NCBI GenBank assembly: GCA_040285825.1
Contig: JAUPSS010000005.1
Coordinates: 1,798,408-1,862,407 of the forward strand
Direction: 5' to 3'
DNA: 64,000 bases
Source: Eukaryota sp. TZLM1-RC
Taxonomy: Eukaryota > Protista > Metamonada: BaSk clade
The notes beneath the pieces were generated by a model. That model was not told the origin of the DNA. It made no database searches and saw nothing but the letters and a program-made list of their open reading frames with translations. Positions 25,936-37,500 of this stretch are shown piece after piece (position 1 is the stretch's first letter; every line of letters starts with the position of its first letter). The position numbers and the translations under genes were made by a program.

Positions 25936-26970
25936 ATGGACTCGGACCCTGAAACACCACGACACCTTAAGACTTTCCGCTCCTCTTCAATTGAAGTAGG
26001 ACGATCAGTAGTTCCTCGAGCTTATCAAGATTCATCACTTTCTTCCCAGATGTTTGGGGTTAAGACTCAACGGGACAATGATCCTTTAATTCCTGAACCT
26101 GTATCAATTGTTCAGGAACTTCATCATCAATGGGAGGAAAGACATTACAAGGATGTTAAAAACAAACCATTAGGACATTCGCGTGTTGTCATTGATGAAC
26201 CTCCTGAGTTCACAAAGTCTCCTGACTTTGCTTTTGGAGTTTCCAATGTTATCCACGCTTCTGCCAGTGAAGCAAAAACTATACTCAACTTTGAAGATGA
26301 CTCAGATAATGAAGATGTCAAGAACATGTACAAAAAGACCCATAACCATTACGAACCTGGTGAGCAAAAAAAGCGGGACTATAAGTACAATGTTGATGCA
26401 AATTCGTTCAAGTTTGGAGCTCCCTCTGCCAAAGGAATTGACTCTAAATCTGGACGTCAAGTAAAGGAAGTACTTGAACCATTGAAGGAAGCTTCATGTA
26501 CAATAACTAAGAAGTTGAAGTCTCATGTTTCGCTTGGTGAATCTAAGTTTCGAAATAGTGCTCCACCACAGGTTCTTGAAAACGAACAACCATTTGGCAT
26601 TACAAACACAATCACTGAATCTGCTAAAGATTGTTTTATTGTCAATGAAGACCCAAATGATCCATCTTTAGGGAGGTCAATTCCCAGAATTTGTAAGGGA
26701 AACGAATCATTTGTTTATGGAGTGATACAGTCTGATGGAGTGGAAAGTGCATATCATTCTATTCAAGATGAAGCAGTTGCTTCTTTGGGACTCACTGAAG
26801 CTGATTTTTGCAAGGTTTTGCCTATAAGAGTGTTGTCAAGAATTGTGCTTCAATCAAAGGTCGTTACTCAGGAGGAATTTGATGAAATTGTTGGCAATGA
26901 TACTGAATTATCTATCAAAGAGTTTAAATTAAGATTAGCAAATCATGTTAATAATAAAATTGTATATTAA
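25936..26970 (+). CDS. EFHB: EFHB/CFAP21-like flagellar protein, 344 aa
   Basis: Intact ORF with Y...K.KPLG.S, FAFGV and YKKTHNHYEPGEQKKRDY motifs that I recall from EFHB homologs. Confidence 0.6.
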   Translation: MDSDPETPRHLKTFRSSSIEVGRSVVPRAYQDSSLSSQMFGVKTQRDNDPLIPEPVSIVQELHHQWEERHYKDVKNKPLGHSRVVIDEPPEFTKSPDFAFGVSNVIHASASEAKTILNFEDDSDNEDVKNMYKKTHNHYEPGEQKKRDYKYNVDANSFKFGAPSAKGIDSKSGRQVKEVLEPLKEASCTITKKLKSHVSLGESKFRNSAPPQVLENEQPFGITNTITESAKDCFIVNEDPNDPSLGRSIPRICKGNESFVYGVIQSDGVESAYHSIQDEAVASLGLTEADFCKVLPIRVLSRIVLQSKVVTQEEFDEIVGNDTELSIKEFKLRLANHVNNKIVY

Positions 26971-27004
26971 GCACTATAAAAGTTTATTAAATACAAAGAA
27001 TATA

Positions 27005-27472
27005 CTATAGCGGTGGGGCACTGGGTTCTGTGGACTGATATACTACAGGCTGTCCATAGACAGGTTGTTGTTGATGTTGTGGAAGTGGAGGGGGTGGGGG
27101 AGCAACAGGCATCTGGGGTTCCTGTTGCTTTCGTTGACAGAGAAATAAAACACCAACAACTAAAACAACCACTGCTAGGAAAACTAAAGGTTCATACATC
27201 ATGGCTTCCATAAATGACACAAAAGCAATAAAAAGAAATACAATAATGAAAACTAGGCAAAATGAAGTAGACCGAACAGGGTGTGAATGACCATATGGTC
27301 TGTAACGTGGATATCTGTGGTATCTATGACCGAAAGGACGACCCATTCGGTGGGCAAAGATAGGAGCAAAACCAAATGATTGACCAGGAGGAGCATATGG
27401 GCGACATCCTGGATGACAACCACGACGGTGTCCAGGATGTCCTCTATTAAAACCACCACCATAGCCAAACAT
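27005..27472 (-). CDS. Small Gly/His/Pro-rich protein with two TM segments
   Basis: 155-aa ORF with two hydrophobic helices and a C-terminal QPVYGQPV...PSAPP tail; convergent with the EFHB-like gene. Confidence 0.6.
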   Translation of the reverse strand: MFGYGGGFNRGHPGHRRGCHPGCRPYAPPGQSFGFAPIFAHRMGRPFGHRYHRYPRYRPYGHSHPVRSTSFCLVFIIVFLFIAFVSFMEAMMYEPLVFLAVVVLVVGVLFLCQRKQQEPQMPVAPPPPPLPQHQQQPVYGQPVVYQSTEPSAPPL

Positions 27473-27550
27473 AGTCAGTTGACAGAGAGAAATGAAAATA
27501 AAGCAATGTAAGTAAGGTATATCAATAAAATGAAACCTACGAACATGTTC

Positions 27551-27853
27551 TTACTGTAAAGTAACACGGATATCGGTCGTTAAAATGAAGGTTTCCACAC
27601 ATCCAATCTTGAGAATCAAATCTGAAGAAACAGTTTTTGCAGAAAACGTTAACATTAAATGGGTTACTAGTAAAGACCATGCCAGAACAGTCGCCAGAAC
27701 GACAACGAGAGATCGATACTTGGAACTAAAACGTGACAAGCAGCAAGATGCTTTTTGTACAGCAGCTTCGGATGTTGAAGAAGCTACGCCTTCATCAGCC
27801 AGAGGAATATCGTTTATAGAAGACTCTCCATAGTGGTAATTAATTGTTGACAA
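27551..27853 (-). CDS. Hypothetical single-TM protein
   Basis: 100-aa ORF with one hydrophobic stretch; start uncertain. Confidence 0.3.
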   Translation of the reverse strand: MSTINYHYGESSINDIPLADEGVASSTSEAAVQKASCCLSRFSSKYRSLVVVLATVLAWSLLVTHLMLTFSAKTVSSDLILKIGCVETFILTTDIRVTLQ

Positions 27854-27974
27854 TTTATGTGTAAATCATGTTACAGCTATTGTCTATAACTATCAAATAT
27901 ATCTCCTTTTTAAACAGTTGTTGAGGGACTGAGTTTTTCATAAGTCTTTTTTTTCATAGGTGTGTGCTCTCCTT

Positions 27975-28563
27975 AATATATTATCAATAATACCATTTCC
28001 TTTGAACCGTCATCAACATTGGATCTCTGTGGGTATACTGGTCTATCTCCTCCTTTTACACGTGCTTTCATCACTGCCAACATATTCAGCGAAGCATTTC
28101 AATCTCTATTCCACAAACTTTCACATGATTTACACATGGTAACCCCATGACGAATATACATCTCATGCCTCTTCTTTGGCCTGAAATTACTGGACCATCG
28201 AAATGTTTCAATTGTTTTCTCCGCGTTTTTACAATTGAAGCAACAACAACTGGTTGGAAACTCATCAATTAAAAAGACCCTATAACCAGCCTATTTAAAT
28301 AAAATTCTCAAACCCTCTTCTTTTGGTAGGTTCTTTGAATTTCATGTGTTTTCGTCGTTCCCAGTCTCCATATTCAATAACTACTTGACCTGTATCACCA
28401 ATTACTGATTTGAATCTCTAAATCATTTCTGCCTCAGATCTTGTGCGATTAATCTTAGCCCACCATCTCAGTTTTCTATAAATTGTTTGATGACAGACTT
28501 TATCAACATTATTATTCACACAAAATTCTTGTGTTTAATATAAACCTGCAGCTTTTGGAATTG
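27975..28563 (-). pseudogene. Fanzor1-like C-terminal half, truncated by the rDNA repeat array
   Basis: YRKLRWWAKINRTRSE...YGDWERRKHMKFKEPTKRRGLRILFK*AGYRVFLIDEFPTSCCCFNC...RHGVTMCKSCESLWNRD*NASLNM...RPVY; not shown in the ORF track because of stops. Confidence 0.85.
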
Positions 28564-31500
28564 AAGAGTATCGTTTTTTATACGATTTACTGACGCTCAT
28601 ATGAAGTTCCTAGTTTCGTACATTGACCAATGGTTTTTTTACAATCATTGGTCAAATTTTTGAAGTCCATTTTGGGACAATTAATATAACAATTTTGGTG
28701 TTAAAGTCAGTGCTATGGTCATTTGAGTAGCCATTGGTATGATTGGTTGAATGGTAAGTGCTATGATTAGGTGAGTTGCATTTAGTCCTTATGTACTAGA
28801 TGTGATCAACTTGTGATCAAACTTTGTGTGAAATTGTGTGTGACTAATGTAGGCTATGTGTTACTTGATCAGTACAAACTCATGATTACATTTTCAATTG
28901 ATTTTGTATATATTTGAATTAATTGAGTTTATTAATTTTTAAACATTAAATTGTAAAAAAAATAAAAAATCAAAAAGTATACAATTGAATGTTGTAAACA
29001 ATAAAACAATTGCTGTAAGTGTAAGAGTATCGTTTTTGATACGATTTACTGAAGCTCATATGAAGTTCCTAGTTTCGTATATTGACCAATGGTTGTTTAT
29101 TACAATCGTTGGTCAAATCTTTAAAGTCCATTTTGGGACAAATATTATAACAATTGTGGTGTTAAAGTCCGTGCTATGGTCATTTGATTAGTCATTGGTA
29201 TGATTGGTTGAATGGTCATTGGTATGATTAGATGAGTTGCATGTAGTCCTTATGTACTAGATGTGACCAACTTGTGATCAAACTTTGTGTGAAATTGTGT
29301 GTGAGTAGTGTTGGCTATGTTTTACTTGATCAGTACAAACTCATGATTACATTTTCAATTGATTTTGTATATATTTGAATTAATTGAGTTATTAATTTTT
29401 AAACATTAAATTGTAAAAATAGTAAAAAATCAAAAAGTATACAATTGAATGTTGCAAACTAATAAAACAATTGCTGTAAGTGTAAGAGTATCGTTTTTGA
29501 TACGATTTACTGAGGCTCATATGAAGTTCCTAGTTTCGTATATTGACCAATGGTTGTTTATTACAATCATTGGTCAAATCTTTAAAGTCCATTTTGGGAC
29601 AATTAATATAACAATTGTGGTGTTAAAGTCCGTGCTATGGTCATTTGAGTAGTCATTGGTTTGATTAGGTGAGTTGCATGTAGTCCTTATGTACTAGATG
29701 TGATCAACTTGTGATCAAACTTTGTGTGAAATTGTGTGTGAGTAATGTTGGCTATGTGTTACTTGATCAGTACAAACTCATGATTACATTTTCAAATGAT
29801 TTTGTATATATTTGAATTAATTGAGTGTATTAATTTTTAAACATTAAATTGTAAAAAAAGTAAAAAATCAAAAAGTATACAATTGAATGTTGTAAACTAA
29901 TAAAACAATTGCTGTAAGTGTAAGAGTATCGTTTTTGATACGATTTACTGAGGCTCATATGAAGTTCCTAGTTTCGTATATTGACCAATGGTTGTTTATT
30001 ACAATCATTGGTCAAATCTTTAAAGTCCATTTTGGGACAATTATTATAACAATTGTGGTGTTAAAGTCCGTGCTATGGTCATTTGAGTAGTCATTGGTAT
30101 GATTGGTTGAATGGTCATTGGTATGATTAGGTGAGTTGCATGTAGTCCTTATGTACTAGATGTGATCAACTTGTGATCAAACTTTGTGTGAAATTGTGTG
30201 TGAGTAATGTTGGCTATGTGTTACTTGATCAGAACAAACTCATGATTACATTTTCAATTGATTTTGTATATATTTGAATTAATTGAGTTATTATTTTTTA
30301 AACATTAAATTGTAAAAATAGTAAAAAATCAAAAAGTATACAATTGAATGTTGTAAACTAATAAAACCATTGCTGTAAGTGTAAGAGTATCGTTTTTGAT
30401 ACGATTTACTGAGGCTCATATGAAGTTCCTAGTTTCGTATATTGACCAATGGTTGTGTATTACAATCATTGGTCAAATCTTTAAAGTCCATTTTGGGACA
30501 ATTATTATAACAATTGTGGTGTTAAAGTCCGTGCTATGGTCATTTGATTAGTCATTGGTATGATTGGTTGAATGGTCATTGGTATGATTAGATGAGTTGC
30601 ATGTAGTCCTTATGTACTAGATGTGACCAACTTGTGATCAAACTTTGTGTGAAATTGTGTGTGAGTAATGTTGGCTATGTTTTACTTGATCAGTACAAAC
30701 TCATGATTACATTTTCAATTGATTTTGTATATATTTGAATTAATTGAGTTATTAATTTTTAAACATTAAATTGTAAAAAATAGTAAAAAAATCAAAAAAA
30801 GTATACAATTGAATGTTGCAAACTAATAAAACAATTGCTGTAAGTGTAAGAGTATCGTTTTTGATACGATTTACTGAAGCTCATATGAAGTTCCTAGTTT
30901 CGTATATTGACCAATGGTTGTTTATTACAATCGTTGGTCAAATCTTTAAAGTCCATTTTGGGACAATTATTATAACAATTGTGGTGTTAAAGTCCGTGCT
31001 ATGGTCATTTGATTAGTCATTGGTATGATTGGTTGAATGGTCATTGGTATGATTAGATGAGTTGCATGTAGTCTTTATGTACTAGATGTGACCAACTTGT
31101 GATCAAACTTTGTGTGAAATTGTGTGTTAGTAATGTTGGCTATGTGTTACTTGATCAGTACAAACTCATGATTACATTTTCAATTGATTTTGTATATATT
31201 TGAATTAATTGAGTTATTAATTTTTAAACATTAAATTGTAAAAAAAGTAAAAAATCAAAAAGTATACAATTGAATGTTGCAAACTAATAAAACAATTGCT
31301 GTAAGTGTAAGAGTATCGTTTTTGATACGATTTACTGAGGCTCATATGAAGTTCCTAGTTTCGTATATTGACCAATGGTTGTTTATTTCAATCATTGGTC
31401 AAATCTTTAAAGTCCATTTTGGGACAATTAATATAACAATTGTGGTGTTAAAGTCCGTGCTATGGTCATTTGAGTAGTCATTGGTTTGATTGGTTGAATG

Positions 31501-34500
31501 GTCATTGGTATGATTAGATGAGTTGCATGTAGTCCTTATGTACTAGATGTGATCAACTTGTGATCAAACTTTGTGTGAAATTGTGTGTTAGTAATGTTGG
31601 CTATGTGTTACTTGATCAGTACAAACTCATGATTACATTTTCAATTGATTTTGTATATATTTGAATTAATTGAGTTTATTAATTTTTAAACATTAAATTG
31701 TAAAAATAGTAAAAAATCAAAAAGTATACAATTGAATGTTGCAAACTAATAAAACAATTGCTGTAAGTGTAAGAGTATCGTTTTTGATACGATTTACTGA
31801 GGCTCATATGAAGTTCCTAGTTTCGTATATTGACCAATGGTTGTTTATTACAATCATTGGTCAAATCTTTAAAGTCCATTTTGGGACAATTAATATAACA
31901 ATTGTGGTGTTAAAGTCCGTGCTATGGTCATTTGAGTAGTCATTGGTATGATTGGTTGAATGGTCATTGGTATGATTAGATGAGTTGCATGTAGTCTTTA
32001 TGTACTAGATGTGATCAACTTGTGATCAAACTTTGTGTGAAATTGTGTGTGAGTAATGTTGGCTATGTGTTACTTGATCAGTACAAACTCATGATTACAT
32101 TTTCAAATGATTTTGTATATATTTGAATTAATTGAGTGTATTAATTTTTAAACATTAAATTGTAAAAAAAAGTAAAAAATCAAAAAGTATACAATTGAAT
32201 GTTGTAAACTAATAAAACAATTGCTGTAAGTGTAAGAGTATCATTTTTGATACGATTTACTGAGGCTCATATGAAGTTCCTAGTTTCGTATATTGACCAA
32301 TGGTTGTTTATTACAATCATTGGTCAAATCTTTAAAGTCCATTTTGGGACAATTAATATAACAATTGTGGTGTTAAAGTCCGTGCTATGGTCATTTGATT
32401 AGTCATTGGTATGATTGGTTGAATGGTCATTGGTATGATTAGATGAGTTGCATGTAGTCTTTATGTACTAGATGTGATCAACTTGTGATCAAACTTTGTG
32501 TGAAATTGTGTGTTAGTAATGTTGGCTATGTGTTACTTGATCAGTACAAACTCATGATTACATTTTCAAATGATTTTGTATATATTTGAATTAATTGAGT
32601 GTATTAATTTTTAAACATTAAATTGTAAAAAAAGTAAAAAATCAAAAAGTATACAATTGAATGTTGTAAACTAATAAAACAATTGCTGTAAGTGTAAGAG
32701 TATCGTTTTTGATACGATTTACTGAGGCTCATATGAAGTTCCTAGTTTCGTATATTGACCAATGGTTGTTTATTACAATCATTGGTCAAATCTTTAAAGT
32801 CCATTTTGGGACAATTAATATAACAATTGTGGTGTTAAAGTCCGTGCTATGGTCATTTGATTAGTCATTGGTATGATTGGTTGAATGGTCATTGGTATGA
32901 TTAGATGAGTTGCATGTAGTCTTTATGTACTAGATGTGATCAACTTGTGATCAAACTTTGTGTGAAATTGTGTGTTAGTAATGTTGGCTATGTGTTACTT
33001 GATCAGTACAAACTCATGATTACATTTTCAAATGATTTTTGTATATATTTGAATTAATTGAGTGTATTAATTTTTAAACATTAAATTGTAAAAAAAGTAA
33101 AAAATCAAAAAGTATACAATTGAATGTTGTAAACTAATAAAACAATTGCTGTAAGTGTAAGAGTATCGTTTTTGATACGATTTACTGAGGCTCATATGAA
33201 GTTCCTAGTTTCGTATATTGACCAATGGTTGTTTATTACAATCATTGGTCAAATCTTTAAAGTCCATTTTGGGACAATTAATATAACAATTGTGGTGTTA
33301 AAGTCCGTGCTATGGTCATTTGAGTAGTCATTGGTATGATTGGTTGAATGGTCATTGGTATGATTAGATGAGTTGCATGTAGTCTTTATGTACTAGATGT
33401 GATCAACTTGTGATCAAACTTTGTGTGAAATTGTGTGTTAGTAATGTTGGCTATGTGTTACTTGATCAGTACAAACTCATGATTACATTTTCAAATGATT
33501 TTGTATATATTTGAATTAATTGAGTGTATTAATTTTTAAACATTAAATTGTAAAAAAGTAAAAAATCAAAAAGTATACAATTGAATGTTGTAAACTAATA
33601 AAACAATTGCTGTAAGTGTAAGAGTATCGTTTTTGATACGATTTACTGAGGCTCATATGAAGTTCCTAGTTTCGTATATTGACCAATGGTTGTTTATTAC
33701 AATCATTGGTCAAATCTTTAAAGTCCATTTTGGGACAATTAATATAACAATTGTGGTGTTAAAGTCCGTGCTATGGTCATTTGAGTAGTCATTGGTATGA
33801 TTGGTTGAATGGTCATTGGTATGATTAGATGAGTTGCATGTAGTCTTTATGTACTAGATGTGATCAACTTGTGATCAAACTTTGTGTGAAATTGTGTGTT
33901 AGTAATGTTGGCTATGTGTTACTTGATCAGTACAAACTCATGATTACATTTTCAAATGATTTTGTATATATTTGAATTAATTGAGTGTATTAATTTTTAA
34001 ACATTAAATTGTAAAAAAGTAAAAAATCAAAAAGTATACAATTGAATGTTGTAAACTAATAAAACAATTGCTGTAAGTGTAAGAGTATCGTTTTTGATAC
34101 GATTTACTGAGGCTCATATGAAGTTCCTAGTTTCGTATATTGACCAATGGTTGTTTATTACAATCATTGGTCAAATCTTTAAAGTCCATTTTGGGACAAT
34201 TAATATAACAATTGTGGTGTTAAAGTCCGTGCTATGGTCATTTGATTAGTCATTGGTATGATTGGTTGAATGGTCATTGGTATGATTAGATGAGTTGCAT
34301 GTAGTCTTTATGTACTAGATGTGATCAACTTGTGATCAAACTTTGTGTGAAATTGTGTGTTAGTAATGTTGGCTATGTGTTACTTGATCAGTACAAACTC
34401 ATGATTACATTTTCAAATGATTTTGTATATATTTGAATTAATTGAGTGTATTAATTTTTAAACATTAAATTGTAAAAAAAGTAAAAAATCAAAAAGTATA

Positions 34501-37500
34501 CAATTGAATGTTGTAAACTAATAAAACAATTGCTGTAAGTGTAAGAGTATCGTTTTTGATACGATTTACTGAGGCTCATATGAAGTTCCTAGTTTCGTAT
34601 ATTGACCAATGGTTGTTTATTACAATCATTGGTCAAATCTTTAAAGTCCATTTTGGGACAATTAATATAACAATTGTGGTGTTAAAGTCCGTGCTATGGT
34701 CATTTGATTAGTCATTGGTATGATTGGTTGAATGGTCATTGGTATGATTAGATGAGTTGCATGTAGTCTTTATGTACTAGATGTGATCAACTTGTGATCA
34801 AACTTTGTGTGAAATTGTGTGTTAGTAATGTTGGCTATGTGTTACTTGATCAGTACAAACTCATGATTACATTTTCAAATGATTTTGTATATATTTGAAT
34901 TAATTGAGTGTATTAATTTTTAAACATTAAATTGTAAAAAAGTAAAAAATCAAAAAGTATACAATTGAATGTTGTAAACTAATAAAACAATTGCTGTAAG
35001 TGTAAGAGTATCGTTTTTGATACGATTTACTGAGGCTCATATGAAGTTCCTAGTTTCGTATATTGACCAATGGTTGTTTATTACAATCATTGGTCAAATC
35101 TTTAAAGTCCATTTTGGGACAATTAATATAACAATTGTGGTGTTAAAGTCCGTGCTATGGTCATTTGATTAGTCATTGGTATGATTGGTTGAATGGTCAT
35201 TGGTATGATTAGATGAGTTGCATGTAGTCTTTATGTACTAGATGTGATCAACTTGTGATCAAACTTTGTGTGAAATTGTGTGTTAGTAATGTTGGCTATG
35301 TGTTACTTGATCAGTACAAACTCATGATTACATTTTCAAATGATTTTGTATATATTTGAATTAATTGAGTGTATTAATTTTTAAACATTAAATTGTAAAA
35401 AAAGTAAAAAATCAAAAAGTATACAATTGAATGTTGTAAACTAATAAAACAATTGCTGTAAGTGTAAGAGTATCGTTTTTGATACGATTTACTGAGGCTC
35501 ATATGAAGTTCCTAGTTTCGTATATTGACCAATGGTTGTTTATTACAATCATTGGTCAAATCTTTAAAGTCCATTTTGGGACAATTAATATAACAATTGT
35601 GGTGTTAAAGTCCGTGCTATGGTCATTTGATTAGTCATTGGTATGATTGGTTGAATGGTCATTGGTATGATTAGATGAGTTGCATGTAGTCTTTATGTAC
35701 TAGATGTGATCAACTTGTGATCAAACTTTGTGTGAAATTGTGTGTTAGTAATGTTGGCTATGTGTTACTTGATCAGTACAAACTCATGATTACATTTTCA
35801 AATGATTTTGTATATATTTGAATTAATTGAGTGTATTAATTTTTAAACATTAAATTGTAAAAAAAGTAAAAAATCAAAAAGTATACAATTGAATGTTGTA
35901 AACTAATAAAACAATTGCTGTAAGTGTAAGAGTATCGTTTTTGATACGATTTACTGAGGCTCATATGAAGTTCCTAGTTTCGTATATTGACCAATGGTTG
36001 TTTATTACAATCATTGGTCAAATCTTTAAAGTCCATTTTGGGACAATTAATATAACAATTGTGGTGTTAAAGTCCGTGCTATGGTCATTTGATTAGTCAT
36101 TGGTATGATTGGTTGAATGGTCATTGGTATGATTAGATGAGTTGCATGTAGTCTTTATGTACTAGATGTGATCAACTTGTGATCAAACTTTGTGTGAAAT
36201 TGTGTGTTAGTAATGTTGGCTATGTGTTACTTGATCAGTACAAACTCATGATTACATTTTCAAATGATTTTGTATATATTTGAATTAATTGAGTGTATTA
36301 ATTTTTAAACATTAAATTGTAAAAAAAGTAAAAAATCAAAAAGTATACAATTGAATGTTGTAAACTAATAAAACAATTGCTGTAAGTGTAAGAGTATCGT
36401 TTTTGATACGATTTACTGAGGCTCATATGAAGTTCCTAGTTTCGTATATTGACCAATGGTTGTTTATTACAATCATTGGTCAAATCTTTAAAGTCCATTT
36501 TGGGACAATTAATATAACAATTGTGGTGTTAAAGTCCGTGCTATGGTCATTTGATTAGTCATTGGTATGATTGGTTGAATGGTCATTGGTATGATTAGAT
36601 GAGTTGCATGTAGTCTTTATGTACTAGATGTGATCAACTTGTGATCAAACTTTGTGTGAAATTGTGTGTTAGTAATGTTGGCTATGTGTTACTTGATCAG
36701 TACAAACTCATGATTACATTTTCAAATGATTTTGTATATATTTGAATTAATTGAGTGTATTAATTTTTAAACATTAAATTGTAAAAAAAGTAAAAAATCA
36801 AAAAGTATACAATTGAATGTTGTAAACTAATAAAACAATTGCTGTAAGTGTAAGAGTATCGTTTTTGATACGATTTACTGAGGCTCATATGAAGTTCCTA
36901 GTTTCGTATATTGACCAATGGTTGTTTATTACAATCATTGGTCAAATCTTTAAAGTCCATTTTGGGACAATTAATATAACAATTGTGGTGTTAAAGTCCG
37001 TGCTATGGTCATTTGATTAGTCATTGGTATGATTGGTTGAATGGTCATTGGTATGATTAGATGAGTTGCATGTAGTCTTTATGTACTAGATGTGATCAAC
37101 TTGTGATCAAACTTTGTGTGAAATTGTGTGTTAGTAATGTTGGCTATGTGTTACTTGATCAGTACAAACTCATGATTACATTTTCAAATGATTTTGTATA
37201 TATTTGAATTAATTGAGTGTATTAATTTTTAAACATTAAATTGTAAAAAAAGTAAAAAATCAAAAAGTATACAATTGAATGTTGTAAACTAATAAAACAA
37301 TTGCTGTAAGTGTAAGAGTATCGTTTTTGATACGATTTACTGAGGCTCATATGAAGTTCCTAGTTTCGTATATTGACCAATGGTTGTTTATTACAATCAT
37401 TGGTCAAATCTTTAAAGTCCATTTTGGGACAATTAATATAACAATTGTGGTGTTAAAGTCCGTGCTATGGTCATTTGATTAGTCATTGGTATGATTGGTT

